Assembly (NCBI RefSeq): GCF_001194135.2
Contig: NC_068981.1
Coordinates: 175,326,803 to 175,368,790 of the forward strand
Length of the DNA stretch: 41,988 nucleotides
Source of the DNA: Octopus bimaculoides
Taxonomy: Eukaryota
Reading direction: 5' to 3'
Both the position numbers and the translations under genes were made by a program. Positions 1-13,395 of this stretch are shown here, one piece after another; position 1 is the stretch's first letter, and the number at the start of each line of letters is the position of its first letter. The notes below the pieces were generated by a model. It did not search any database. It worked only from the letters and a program-made list of their open reading frames with translations, and had not been told where the DNA came from.

Positions 1-14
1 TATACATATACATA

Positions 15-172
15 TATACGACGTGCTTCTTTCAGTTTCCGTCTACCAAATCCACTCACAAGGCTTTGGTCGGCTCGAGGCTATAATAGAAGACATTTGC
101 CCAAGGTGCCACGCAGTGGGACTGAACCCGGAACCATCTGGTTGGTAAGCAAGCTACTTACCACACAGCCAT
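15..172 (-). mobile_element. tRNA-derived SINE family A, 5' head and core fragment (octopus-type SINE with internal microsatellite)
   Basis: Reverse complement reads TGGCTGTGTGGTAAG (A-box-like), GGGTTCAGTCCC (B-box-like), then CCAAAGCCTTGTGAGTGGATTTGGTAGACGGAAACTGAAAGAAG. Aligns by eye with the copies at 6684 and 15073. Confidence 0.85.
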
Positions 173-555
173 GGTCATTTTATTTATTTAATTTTTTTTG
201 CCAAATAAACACACGCACTATATATACATACTCATATATATATATCAATATACACACACACACAAACATATATATATATATATATATATATTATAGACTC
301 ATTTACAAACATATATACATGCACACACATACATAGACACATATGCATACAGGCATACATACATACATACATACATACATACACAGAGAGATGGATGCAT
401 ACTTAAGCATGTGTGCGAGCATGATGTGTGACCCTCCCCCCCACCCAAAAAAAAAGAAAGAAATAGATCTCCATCCTTCATCAACCCTTGGTAGTTATCA
501 ACACCACACTTTACAAGAGATATATAAAAACAAATGTAAAATCAAATAAAGATAC

Positions 556-609
<54 letters not shown>

Positions 610-662
610 CGACGACGACGACAACCACGACAAAGATGATGATGACGATGATGACGAAGACA
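556..662. repeat. (GAT)n/(GAC)n trinucleotide microsatellite
   Basis: Direct reading. It explains the poly-D, poly-M and poly-H ORFs. Confidence 0.95.
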
Positions 663-1084
663 ACGAACGATTGTCACCCCTGCCAAACCCAATTCCGTCC
701 CATCCTTTTCATTCATTCATTCATTCATTTTTCTCTACTTGGATTACACTGAAGTGTGAAGTACTATTCCTGTGATCAAAAGCGTGGTGAGATATTAGTG
801 GTTTACTAAACCCGACACTCTCCAGATTTGAAGTAAACAATTTGAGACAACTCTCACTCATTTTCACCCCCTTATCATTCCACCGTTGCTGTTATTGTTG
901 TCGTTTATATTATTTTTATTATTGTTGTTTGTGGCGATGTTTATTGAGTGTTTTTTTTATCTCTTGTTTGTCAAAGTTCTATAAATCTTTTTCAACAACA
1001 CGATAGCTCATCTCCTATCTAAAGTCAAACTTTAGCGCCTACTAAGCCAAGCATGACCGGTACTTGTGTGCGCGTACACACATG

Positions 1085-1117
<33 letters not shown>

Positions 1118-1442
1118 GCACATACACAACACGCACACATATGCACTCATACGCACACGGACATAAACACCACCGACATATATACACACGCACACCTGTG
1201 CGTGTGTGCTTGTGTACAAGACCATGAATACAACCTCTTTCTTCTATATCGAGAGAATTAATTGTGTGAGGGCGTGTGAGATTTTACAGGGACACCAACA
1301 CAATGTGTTTCAACTAAAATTTGTAATCAATTGCACCACTAAAATATCTGGCATTTACAGTGCTTTTGTTGCAATTAATTTTGAAAATAATTATGAATTT
1401 TGTAAAGCAATTTTGTCATATTAACATGCGTCATATTAACAT

Positions 1443-1605
1443 GAGTGGATGTGTGGTAAGTTGCTTGCTTACAAACCACATTTTTCTGGGTTCAGTCCCA
1501 CTGCGTGGCAAGTGTCTTCTATTAAAGCCTCGGGTCGATTTGTTCGACTAAAGGTGGTGCTCCAGCATGGCCGCAGTCAAATGACTGAAAGTAATAAGAG
1601 AAGAA
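1443..1605 (+). mobile_element. SINE family A, internally deleted copy (head fused to tail)
   Basis: Head GTGTGGTAAG..GGGTTCAGTCCCACTGCGTGGC joins directly at GCCTCGGGTCGATTT to tail GACTAAAGGTGGTGCTCCAGCATGGCCGCAGTCAAATGACTGAAA. Confidence 0.85.
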
Positions 1606-2646
1606 TGAAATTATAAGGGATAATTTTAATTTAGATCAGTCTAAAACAATAAGTTTATTTCCTAGAACCAAATGCGGTCTCAAACGGGTTAGTATTAAAA
1701 GGTTTAAAGCTCTAATTCATTCCTTCACGCCACTTTCTATATTGATTTTATTAGAGTTGTATATCCTGCCTTCCATTTTTGATTTCAAACATCTTTGAGG
1801 ATGGCTTGTGATATAAGTGCACAGATAATTGTAATGAATAAAGATACCGAGCTACGTTCTACTTACTCTGTAGTACATTCTCCTGAGATATTTTACTTTA
1901 GAAATAGTAATGGTAATCGTAACAGCATCACTTTTTACATTTTCTGTGTGTTTCTGTGTGTACGTGTAGTAAAGAAAAAGGAATGGATTGTTCAGAACGT
2001 CGTTATACGTCTTTCAATAGCGTGGCTTATTCCAGATACGAATATATTGCATAACATAATAGATGACTATGAAATTATTATTACAGAACCATTCTGTTTC
2101 TCCAGGTGGTGTCCTGCCAAATATCTTTCAGGTGATAAATGGTTTTGTATACATATGAGAAAAAGAAAGAAATACCTATCTGTGTATGTATGTATGTATG
2201 TGCATATATATGTATAGGTATATAAGTGTGTTGTGTGTGTGTGTGTGTGGGGGTGTTTGTGTGTGAGTGTGTGTGTGTGTGTAGACCGAGTAGAATACTC
2301 TATGCTGACGAGGATTAATAAGACAGAATCATCTCTCATTTCACCATTTAGCTTTCGGGCAACATCTATACCATGCTCTATTTCCTATATTTTCCAAACT
2401 TTAGATCAATCGAATTTATAGAATAGTTTCCTGTGTTTTGAGGCTTAAAAAACCCTAGAGGCAGTTTTGGGTACCGATTGCATAGAATCTCAGTTATTTG
2501 AAAGTTCTACTAAATATTTTAGATCCTACTACAATACTCATATTTTGTACCTCGCAGCGAAAACTGCGAAACCCCCAGCAGCTAGCAGGGTGGGAAATAG
2601 AATCGACTTACAGGGTTTTATTGCAGCATCACTAGTTAGTGGTTAT

Positions 2647-2763
<117 letters not shown>

Positions 2764-4214
2764 ATATGTATAGCATATCACGCATACAACTAACACATAA
2801 CTACGCATATATGCATCTGTGATGGTTTGGTATTAAATTGTAAACATTACAATTTAGAAAATAATATATTTGTAACTTTCATTACAATCTAAAGCTTCTT
2901 AAATTTACACTCCCGTGTTCTACAGTGCTGATTAATCAAACAGCTTCGGAAGAGAGACAGAAAAACCATATATAAGCAAAAACGAACAACAACAAACGGA
3001 CGGAAGAAAAGAAAAAGAAAAGATGTTCCCGATATGTGATTGGTTACTTTACATAGTTATCTATTCAACTGTCATAGTGATATATTCATCTGTGCTCGTG
3101 AAAAAATATTTTAATATCTTCAACATCATATATTGAAAGTATCATATATTGCAGAAAATAAGGAAGATGAATGTTATGCTCATGGAGAACTAAATGTTTT
3201 TACTTTGATTCGTCTTTCAATATGTGAGACCGTCGTTCCAGGTATGACAGAAATAATCATTTGGAATGTATACTATTTTATCCAATAGATATTTAGTAAC
3301 TCCGCAATAAACATGAGGAAAATTGTTAGAAAAAATTCACCTGTTTTGGCGCAAAATTGAAAAAAAGATTGCAACAAGATGTTCTGCTTTTCTTTTTTTT
3401 TCTTTTGTTATTGGCTTTTTTTCCGCGAAACAAAGATCAGACTTTCCGGTGCAATTATTGTAGAATATTTGTGATCGGTTGCAATATGTATGAACATGTA
3501 CATTTCTTATGATTTACAAAGACTATACGGCTATCCTGAGTTTGTGGTTACTTCTGGATGCGGAGAGAGTGTTAATCATACTGGTGGCACAGGGTAGAGA
3601 GCCCAGTTGTTACAAGTTTGCCATAACAAGATCAAGAAACAGAAGAGGACTTTCTGTTCAGAAGAGTTAAGAAAACAAGTGATGAAAAAGGGAACAAAGA
3701 ATAGCAGTAAGCACAAAAAGGTTAGTTTATAAAGCACTGCGGTTCGCAACACCGAGATCAAATGCTGACGATTAAAATACAGAAGCCTTCTTCCCTTTGT
3801 AAGGGTCGGAAAGAAATGGACGATGTATAGAAGTCGTAAATGAGCAACTGCAGTGTGATAAAAAGAAGAGAACACGGAAAGAAAGAAGTAAGCGCAAACC
3901 AAACCAAAGCAAAGACACGAAAAAAGTAGACCATCCCCTCTGAGAATGCATGGGATTCACGTGTCTCTTCCAACAATTATGAAGGACCAATCCTATTGTG
4001 TGAACGATCAGAAAGAAGAAAGGAAAATATGTTGACTGAGGGAGTGATTGACAGTAACCTCAGAGAATAATCTGTTGATAGGTTCTACTTCCGCTTCATG
4101 GTTTATCAACTTGTCAGTCTGAGCAGGTAGATTACTGTCACGTACCGTGTCTGGTAATAGCTTATGCTACTTCTTATCCCTCTTATTACGTCGATATGAT
4201 GGTATATGATCAGA

Positions 4215-4215
<1 letters not shown>

Positions 4216-4284
<69 letters not shown>

Positions 4285-4290
4285 ATGATC
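4216..4290. repeat. (GAT)n microsatellite
   Basis: Direct reading. Confidence 0.95.
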
Positions 4291-4336
4291 AGAGTTAGTA
4301 GCCTTGTCAAATAAAAAGTAGCAGTCTAAATACTAC

Positions 4337-4460
4337 GGAGGTCGACTTAGCCTTTCATCCGGCTAAGAGCGACAAAATAAATACCAGTTGAGCACTGAGG
4401 CCAATGCAATCAACCTACTCACTTCCCTGAAACTGCTGGCCTTGAGTGAAAATTACAAAA
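4337..4460 (+). mobile_element. SINE family B, 5'-truncated body and tail
   Basis: GAGGTCGACTTAGCCTTTCATCC..AAATAAATACCAGTTGAGCACTG..CTGGCCTTG matches the other family B copies and ends in an (ATT)n tail. Confidence 0.75.
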
Positions 4461-4533
4461 TATTATTATTATTATTATCACCATCATCATCATTATCATT
4501 ATCATCATCATCATTATCATCATCATCATTATT

Positions 4534-4590
<57 letters not shown>
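4461..4590. repeat. (ATT)/(ATC)/(GTT) compound microsatellite
   Basis: Direct reading. Confidence 0.95.
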
Positions 4591-4598
4591 ATCGTTAA

Positions 4599-4704
4599 GG
4601 CGGCGAGCTGGCAGAATCGTTAGCATGCTGGACGAAATGCTTAGCGGTATTTTGCCTGTCACTACATTCTGAGTTCAAATTCAGCCGAGGTCGACTTTGC
4701 CTTC
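4599..4704 (+). mobile_element. SINE family B, tRNA-like head
   Basis: GGCGGCGAGCTGGCAGAATCGTTAGC (A-box-like), GAGTTCAAATTC (B-box), GAGGTCGACTTTGCCTT. The same family recurs at 16645, 17386, 29261, 29468 and 30429. Confidence 0.85.
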
Positions 4705-5141
4705 TATCAGATGTCTCTCCAAGACTTTTGACTTTCAATGTTATCTGGTATCAACTTTTCATCTGTACATCCTCCATTTATTTCTTTATAGAAGCTCTTC
4801 TGATCTACTCTGAATAACCTATTCTGGGGGTAACCCTTCATTCTTTGGTCGTATCTTACCATCTTTGCTTTCTTTGCAGCGAGGCGCTGTTTCAGTCCCT
4901 CCACTACAACTGTTAGGCCCCTTCTTTCAATATTATACTTCCTTTCTAGCGCCCCGTATTTTTGTTCGCTTTTAAGATCCCCTTTCTCTTTTCGGTCTAA
5001 CATAGATATTTCCTTCGAGAACATGTCTAACCCTGCCTGGATTCTTCTTTTCCACCATGGATCTTTTCTTTTGTCCCTCCCATTATGTTTCTTTTTCCTG
5101 ACATCGACACCCACATTTTCTGCAGCAACAATACTTGCTGC
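4705..5141 (-). mobile_element. R4/Dong-clade non-LTR retrotransposon fragment (region N-terminal to the RT domain), decayed
   Basis: Translation ..DPWWKRRI..LKQRLAAKKAKMVRY..QNRLFRVDQKSFYKEI..IPDNIESQKSWRDI* matches the PxWKRRL / LKQ.L.A..RY / QN..F..N.K.FY / FW..IW motifs of R4/Dong ORFs. The final W codon is a stop. Confidence 0.8.
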
Positions 5142-5268
5142 CTGAATTCAAATTCCTTCAAGGTCGACTTTATCTTTCGGATACCAGTTGAGGTGAGTAC
5201 TAGGCTCAATATAGTCGACTAGCTCCCTCCCCCGAAATTGCTGGCTTTGTGCTAAAATGTAAAAGTAT
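5142..5268 (+). mobile_element. SINE family B, body and tail
   Basis: CTGAATTCAAATTCC..AGGTCGACTTT..TACCAGTTG..TAGTCGACT..AAATTGCTGGCTTTGTGC. Confidence 0.75.
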
Positions 5269-5294
5269 CATCATCATCATCATCAGCGCCATAT

Positions 5295-5391
5295 TCTTCT
5301 TCTTCTTCTTCTTCTTCTTCTTCTTCTTCTTCTTCTTCTTCTTCTTCTTCTTCTTCTTCTTCTTCTTCTTCTTCTTCTTCTTCTTCTTCTT
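5295..5391. repeat. (TTC)n microsatellite running into an assembly gap
   Basis: Direct reading. Confidence 0.95.
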
Positions 5392-5670
5392 NNNNNNNNN
5401 NNNNNNNNNNNNNNNNNNNNNNNNNNNNNNNNNNNNNNNNNNNNNNNNNNNNNNNNNNNNNNNNNNNNNNNNNNNNNNNNNNNNNNNNNNNNNNNNNNNN
5501 NNNNNNNNNNNNNNNNNNNNNNNNNNNNNNNNNNNNNNNNNNNNNNNNNNNNNNNNNNNNNNNNNNNNNNNNNNNNNNNNNNNNNNNNNNNNNNNNNNNN
5601 NNNNNNNNNNNNNNNNNNNNNNNNNNNNNNNNNNNNNNNNNNNNNNNNNNNNNNNNNNNNNNNNNNNNNN

Positions 5671-5850
5671 GTAGGTGTTATGCCTAGGGTACCATATATT
5701 TGAATTTGTACAGTGTTGTTCTAGAGAATGTTTTAAAATTTGAGATCACATAGACAGTATTTTATGTAGGATATGGGCAGTTCCCATGAGCACTATCTTT
5801 TGAACTTCAGCCATTTTGGGGTTTCCTGGTATCTGAGCTAGGTAGTAATC
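5671..5850 (-). mobile_element. R4/Dong-clade retrotransposon 3' end, 5'-truncated, joined to a (TAA)n tract
   Basis: Translation YLAQIPGNPKMAEVQKIVLMGTAHILHKILSM* is the typical QK..L.GTAHIL terminus. The 3' UTR runs into the gap at 5670. Confidence 0.8.
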
Positions 5851-5882
5851 ATTATTATTACTGTTATTATTATTATTATTAC

Positions 5883-5942
<60 letters not shown>

Positions 5943-5945
5943 TAT
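5851..5945. repeat. (ATT)n/(TAA)n microsatellite with ACT/GTT variants
   Basis: Direct reading. Confidence 0.95.
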
Positions 5946-6683
5946 CATTATTGATGTTATTGTTGTTGTTGCTATTGTTTGTAAGGAAAAGGATGAACAC
6001 TATGAGTTTATCAGTAACAACTTCACGTATAAGGCCCGCTTGTGTATCGGTGGGCATTTATATGTGTATGTATAGATGAATGTGTGTATATGTGTGCAGT
6101 ATACATTTGTGCTTGCATATACGTGCGTGTTTTTATATGTGTTTGCATATGTTGGCGCACTCGTGTTGAAGTGCATGTTTGTTCCTGACCCTTCGCCCCC
6201 ATAAAAAAAAAAAAAACTCACCAAAAATAACAAAGCTAATCAATGCGTCAATCGGACAGAAACCTAAAGAAATTAACAAAGAAGCACTTACCGCCTTGCC
6301 AAATGAAACAGAGACATGGGCTGGATTGATTACACTATTGAACAATCAAATTAGTGGTGCGTAGTAAGTAGACTATTTAGTGAGAACACGATGAATAACT
6401 TCTCAACAGTATTATATTATTGTACAAGTTTGTTTGTGACGGTGGGGTTGGAACAGTATCCATAGCATAGTGAAAAGGAAGTGAAATGGTTGAGTGGTCA
6501 CTGTATTCATTGGGTTACCTTCGCGAAGATATCTTGAGTTCAAATCTAGGCTAATGCGTTTTTATTGTGTATTTTGAAAAAAAAAAAAAAAAAAAAAGAT
6601 ATTCTTCGTTTTACAGTTCATCTAACAGTCTGAATTAGGCAACATATCAACAGAGAATATTACCTGAGAGAGACTTGCGTACA

Positions 6684-6865
6684 GGCCAGGAGGAGTGTGT
6701 GGTAAGAGGTTTATTTCCCAACCACACACACACACAGTCCGGGACTTAGGTCCAGTGCGTGGCACTTTGGCCAAGTGTCTTCTTTTATAGTTCTGGTTCG
6801 AACAAAGCATTGTGAGAAAGAGTTGGTTGAATAAAACGCAAAGAAGCCTGTCGCTGATACGCACG

Positions 6866-6917
<52 letters not shown>

Positions 6918-7176
6918 TACACATACAGATGTATGTATTTATATATCGCTGTGTGTATTTGTGTTTGTCTGCACAACCGCTTGGCAGCCAATGTTGGTTT
7001 GTTTACTGCTCCGTAACTTAGCAGTTGGCAAAAAGAAACAGACTGTATAGAATAAGGACCAGGTTTAAGGAGACGAATTAGCTCTGGGATCGATTTGTTT
7101 GACTAAAGCTTTCACAGCGTTGCTCCAGCATGTCCGTTGTCTATTGACTGAAACAAGTAAAAGGTGAAAGATAAAG
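6684..7176 (+). mobile_element. SINE family A, full-length, diverged
   Basis: Head (GTGTGTGGTAAG..CAGTGCGTGGCAC..AAGTGTCTTC), internal (CA)n/(TA) microsatellite, and tail (CCGTAACTTAGC..GATCGATTTGTTTGACTAAAG..GCTCCAGCATG..GACTGAAACAAGTAAAAG). Confidence 0.8.
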
Positions 7177-7442
7177 AAATATACCATTTTCTTTTTACCA
7201 GAGACTTGAGCTCAGCCCCAAACTTTGAAAACCAGCTGAAGCCTTTGAAAAGTAAACATTAATCTTGACAGTAACGGTGATTTGTCCTGTCTACCCGTTA
7301 GAGAGAGATTTGTCTCCTTTCTGCTATGCCAGCCACCGTTGAACTGATTTGTGAAAGGCATAACTCTCTTGCAAACGCCATTTATATTTACTTAGTTGTC
7401 GAGTCACTTCATGGTTGCTTAAACTGCTAAAAGTAGCGGCAA

Positions 7443-7572
7443 CATCTCTCTCTCTCTCTGTCTCTCTCTCTCTCTGTCTCTCTCTCTCTGTCTCTCTCTC
7501 TCTGTCTCTCTCTCTCTGTCTCTCTCTCTCTGTCTCTCTCTCTCTGTCTNNNNNNNNNNNNNNNNNNNNNNN

Positions 7573-7657
<85 letters not shown>
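7443..7657. repeat. (CT)n/(CTGT) polypyrimidine microsatellite spanning a small gap
   Basis: Direct reading. Confidence 0.95.
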
Positions 7658-7660
<3 letters not shown>

Positions 7661-9111
7661 ATCTCTCCTTGCTTCTACCTCTCTTAATCTGTCTTCTCAT
7701 ATCTTTTGCGTACAAAATATCTATTATCCACGAAACAAAACCTTCATATTTTTCTGTTTAGTATAGTTATTGTGTAGTAAGTATAATCACAGCTGGCCGA
7801 GGCGAAACTGAACAAGAGTCATTAATATATTTCATCTACCGTGCTGCATAACGGGAATCTTCAAACCTTTCTATTTTCAGTGGGTCATTCGACAAATATC
7901 TAAACAACAGTATTGCTATAGAGTTGACTGATGCGTTGATTTGCAGTACTGGGTTAAATTCGTCAAGGGAATAACTTTTGCATAAAAGAATAAAATTAAA
8001 TGAAGAACTTTGCTTTTAGAAGATGAGATTCTGTGACAGCTATGTTTTTCTCAGAAACGGTAATGATACGAGGAGAATTGACAACTCAAAGGGAATAGAT
8101 TAGGTGACTTAAAGTTACGTTACGTCTAATGAATACTTGCGAGTTTGATTTCTTAAACACGCATAAAATCGAGTTTTATAAGCGAGGAATGTGAAAATGG
8201 GACCGGTTTTCCTCTGTCACAAAGAATTACTGACATAAACGAAATGTGTTGACTCTATGTAGGAATATATCGTTAGTTGAGAATTTGGCCTTTTTTACAA
8301 AAAAGTTATCTCTGGAATGATAAACGATGATGGGGATTCTACGTGGTGACTCAGGTTATTTGAAACAACAACCAAACCGCCATTATATCACACCCTACAC
8401 TGCTTGTTAAAGAACAAAAGATCAAGAGTGAAAAACCAGATGGGAATGTCACGCTTGGAACTTCTTAGGTCAGCTTCATCAGGGCTAATCTGGGGGCTGA
8501 GCCATAAAATCTCAAGATGAGTAACTTTCATGATAAGAAGGCAGAAAACATCCGTTAGAAATAACCGAGGCGAGTTGTAAGAAATTTAATCAAAGTTATC
8601 AATCAGACTAGTGTCAATTATTTTTGGGAAGTCAATGAAAGTTTAACTCCGCCACATGAATTTGAGCTCTGGATGACTTCCCTATGCTACAGTCAGTTAA
8701 TTCCGACTGGTGTTAGTAAATTCTAACTACGCTCGGTTACAGTCGGATTCCTCCGGCTATCATCGACTACATATGGCTTCTATGTGATGACTCAACGATT
8801 TTCATTCAGGATTTTACAGTTGCGATAACCGAAACTCTTTTCTAATACAAATCATGATTACCGAAGAAACCCGTTTGCATAAGTGGCTGATATGTGATGT
8901 GGAATGATCCCCTTCACTGCTTAGTAATTTGTCATATAAAGGGTTAAATTAAAGATTGCAATATTCTGTTGATTCATGCAGAACTTGACATGATATACAG
9001 CTTAGCTTAAACATTGTATCAGTAGAATTATCTCACATCTATTCTGATAACAACGGTTTATCTTTAGTAGTTGCCTTTTCCTTACGATCTTGTTTACTCG
9101 CTCTACTATAT

Positions 9112-9776
<665 letters not shown>

Positions 9777-10455
9777 AATGCATCTGTGTATTATTAGACG
9801 CACACATACGCATTTTCGCTAAGTTGTTTCACTTCTATTTCTTCCCTTATTTTGTTCAAATCTAAGTCGCTTTTCATCCTTACTTTATTTCTAATTTTCG
9901 TCATTCAACGAAAAGCTGTGATATATTTATCAAATGAAGCATTAAATGCAAACAGTTTTTCTTTCAATGCAATGACAGTATTGACGCAATGCTTGTTTTA
10001 CCAAAATACAGCAATTTGCATAATGTTGAAATAGTATATAAACTGAAGGGTAAATTATAGCTGTATAAGAATTGACTTGTCAGTTCTTGCATAAACAAAA
10101 CACATCAAAATCAATATGGCTTCCACCAGTTTGTCGACTCTGCTCAGAAGGATCGGCAATGAAGTGGTTTTCGTCTCCACCATTTGTTTATTTCAGTGAA
10201 GTATCGATAAATCTCTTTACGCAATGAATAGAACTGATCAGCAATTTACAGAGTATACACATATATCTACCCATACAACCGCATACAGATAATTTGCAAT
10301 TTCATAATGCATCTCTGGAGAGACTTTGCATTAGCATACACGTATATATGGTTATATATGCGTACATACATGCACACGCGCGCGCGCACACACAGATAGA
10401 TAGATAGATAGATATAGATATACAGATATGTTTATATATATGTATGTGTGTTTAA

Positions 10456-10518
<63 letters not shown>

Positions 10519-12572
10519 CATATATATGCTTATATATATGTACATATAATGATATATAAAATGGCGCTATATATATATAATTGCACATATATACATGCAT
10601 GGATGCATGCATACATACATACATACATACATACATACATACATACATGCATACATACATACATAAGATGTATAAACGTCCACGTTTAGATACAACGTCA
10701 CTATTTCTGAACGAATTTTTACCAATTTTTTCAGGGAGATCAGGTACAACTTCAAAGACTGACTGCGTAAAATCATCCGTGTCCCACTGTATGAATCATG
10801 AAAAGATTTGTAGAACAATTGGAAGTAATGATGGAGTGGCAGTTGGGTAGGAGTATTAGTGTAGCTTACAAAAACGTCGGTTTGTCATGACAAGATCTGT
10901 TTTCCTTTTTTATTTAGCCTTTGCTTCGTGTCGCTCTTTCTGTCACACCCACACTTTCACACGTGCACACAAACACAGTGGAACAACAACACAATCATAT
11001 GCATGTGTATATATTTATAGAGTGCATATACATCTACGTTGCCATATTCGTTTGTTGGTAATATTAACACAAATATGTACTCAATCCAGCAAGAGATAAG
11101 TATTATTTAATGACTATAGGAGTTATATGTGGTGAAGATTCATTGTCAGTACAGTAATCAAACCGACAATCGTTCAGGCTCAAATGACATGGGCACTATG
11201 GGGAAATGCGAGAAAATTCGAGAGGAAAATCCCGCTTCACTTCATGGTGTATTTTATATTGCTGTCCCAGATATGGCTAACTAGTTGTATGCCTGGAATT
11301 TCTTCATGCCTGGAATTTCTTCTAATGAGTTAAAGGAACAGAACTCCTTCCCTCATTTTACTTAATCTCGTTTGTTTTTTTTTATAACATATTCCCGTTT
11401 TTCTTTTCTCACGATTCTTCAGGCTCATTCATTTCAGCCTGATTGACTGCTGGATCGTGCAGACACCCTATAATAAGAAGCCCGTCCGATTATTGCATTA
11501 CATGCGCAACTTCCTATAGAACATTGTATGTATGCCGTAGATTAATGGTTCACAAATGTGCAATCTTTTTATAGCTGAAAGAGTACACTGTCTAATATTA
11601 TCCAAAGACTGCATTGACACTCAAACCTCGATTCTAGAATCTTTTTTAAGATGTCGGCATCTCGACAAATTTTTGTTACCGAGCTGGAAGACGTCCTTTC
11701 ACTATATTAAGCACACACATTTACGTACTTTAAGTTTTCCTCCATTTGAGTCCAACCTCCCTCTCCGCCCACATAATATAATTTTTCATAATTGCCTTAG
11801 GAGAAAAATCTCAATATGAGCAATTTCTTCATCTAACGAGTTAAAGCCACACAACACTTATTGCCATCACTTAACGTTTTCCTCTCGATTTTAGTTCAGA
11901 TTTCTTCTTGTTTTGGGTTTTTGTTTTCACATTTTTACACAACGTAACTATATCCTTCGAGGCTGGTCGATTGCTGGTTCGCGCACAGTACATCATAACA
12001 AGGCTATACAGTTACTGCTCTATCCGATCATGAACGTCGAAGCAGTTCATATGTAACTTCTATATTCATTAAAATATACATATATAACTATATATGTATG
12101 TATGTATGTATGTATATGTAACATAAGTATATATATATATATATATATATATGNNNNNNNNNNNNNNNNNNNNNNNNNNNNNNNNNNNNNNNNNNNNNNN
12201 NNNNNNNNNNNNNNNNNNNNNNNNNNNNNNNNNNNNNNNNNNNNNNNNNNNNNNNNNNNNNNNNNNNNNNNNNNNNNNNNNNNNNNNNNNNNNNNNNNNN
12301 NNNNNNNNNNNNNNNNNNNNNNNNNNNNNNNNNNNNNNNNNNNNNNNNNNNNNNNNNNNNNNNNNNNNNNNNNNNNNNNNNNNNNNNNNNNNNNNNNNNN
12401 NNNNNNNNNNNNNNNNNNNNNNNNNNNNNNNNNNNNNNNNNNNNNNNNNNNNNNNNNNNNNNNNNNNNNNNNNNNNNNNNNNNNNNNNNNNNNNNNNNNN
12501 NNNNNNNNNNNNNNNNNNNNNNNNNNNNNNNNNNNNNNNNNNNNNNNNNNNNNNNNNNNNNNNNNNNNNNNN

Positions 12573-13395
12573 GACAACCCTGAACTCTTACCCAAAGAAA
12601 TTGCAAGACTCTACCGTAACATAACATCAGAGGAGAGGATGAATGCATTCCAGCAGAAGACCATGCATGGATACGTTAACAGAAAGCTCCAGGGTGATAA
12701 CAACATTGACAACCAGAGCAGTCCATCGTGGACAAACAATCGGGTCGGGTCACCAACTCTCACTTTGAAGGGTATGCCTTTGCTATTCAAAAACAAGAAA
12801 TAGCAACCAAATTCCGAATAAACAAACGGGACAGAGAGGCGAGCAAAGCACCACAATGTAATAATCGATGCAGACTCTGTGGAATCAGTGTCGAAGATAT
12901 CACCCACATCATTAGCAGCTGTCCAAAAATGTCATCACGGTATTACCTACCTATGAGACATGATGTTGTGGCCAAGACACTGTACTATGAAATCCGACGA
13001 CAGGATAAACCCGGGGCTAAGGAGATGAAAACCCATAATGAGGTAGAGGCCATTACCACTCACAATATGAAAGAGTATTGGTGGAATGTCCCAATAAAAA
13101 CCTCAATAAAGTGCAGACATAATAGACCGGATATAGTAATCTGGGACAGAGAAGAGAAACTCTGTACGGTAGTAGAAATCAGCTGTCCTGCGGATGTCAA
13201 CATCCCACTAAGGATTAGAGAAAAAGAGAACAACTGCGCCGAGCTACTGAGAAATTTGCAGATACTCCACCCAGACTACAAGTTCAGATTCATACCCGTG
13301 ATTGTTGGGGCATTGGGATATGTAACGAACTGCCTCAACAAAAACCTGGAAAAATTAGGGTTCTCAAAACCTGAAAGAAAAAGGCTGATTAGAAG
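12573..13395 (+). mobile_element. R4/Dong-clade non-LTR retrotransposon, C-terminal CCHC zinc knuckle and restriction-like endonuclease, frameshifted, bounded by gaps
   Basis: MHGY..SHFEGYAFAIQKQEIATK..CRLC..EDITHIISSCP..RHDVVAK..YWWNVPIKT..HNRPDIVIWD..VEISCP..KEN..IPVIVGALG. A 5-bp duplication (CGGGT twice, 12741-12750) explains the switch between the two ORF-track frames. Confidence 0.9.

Noticed and set aside
488-775. Poly-Asp, poly-His and poly-Met ORFs
   Set aside because: These are translations of a (GAT)n microsatellite, with no domain or splice support.
1795-2217. 140-aa ORF
   Set aside because: It starts at a non-ATG codon, has no recognisable motif, and ends in a microsatellite. 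ORFs of this length arise by chance.
3760-4080. Possible very old R4/Dong RT remnant (NEQLQC, TCL/PTIMK, ENNLL)
   Set aside because: The matches are 3-5 residues, scattered across frames, and too weak without a profile search.
8330-8505. Possible further SINE family, also at about 38460-38570
   Set aside because: It resembles a repeat I recall, but the two copies do not align convincingly within this window.
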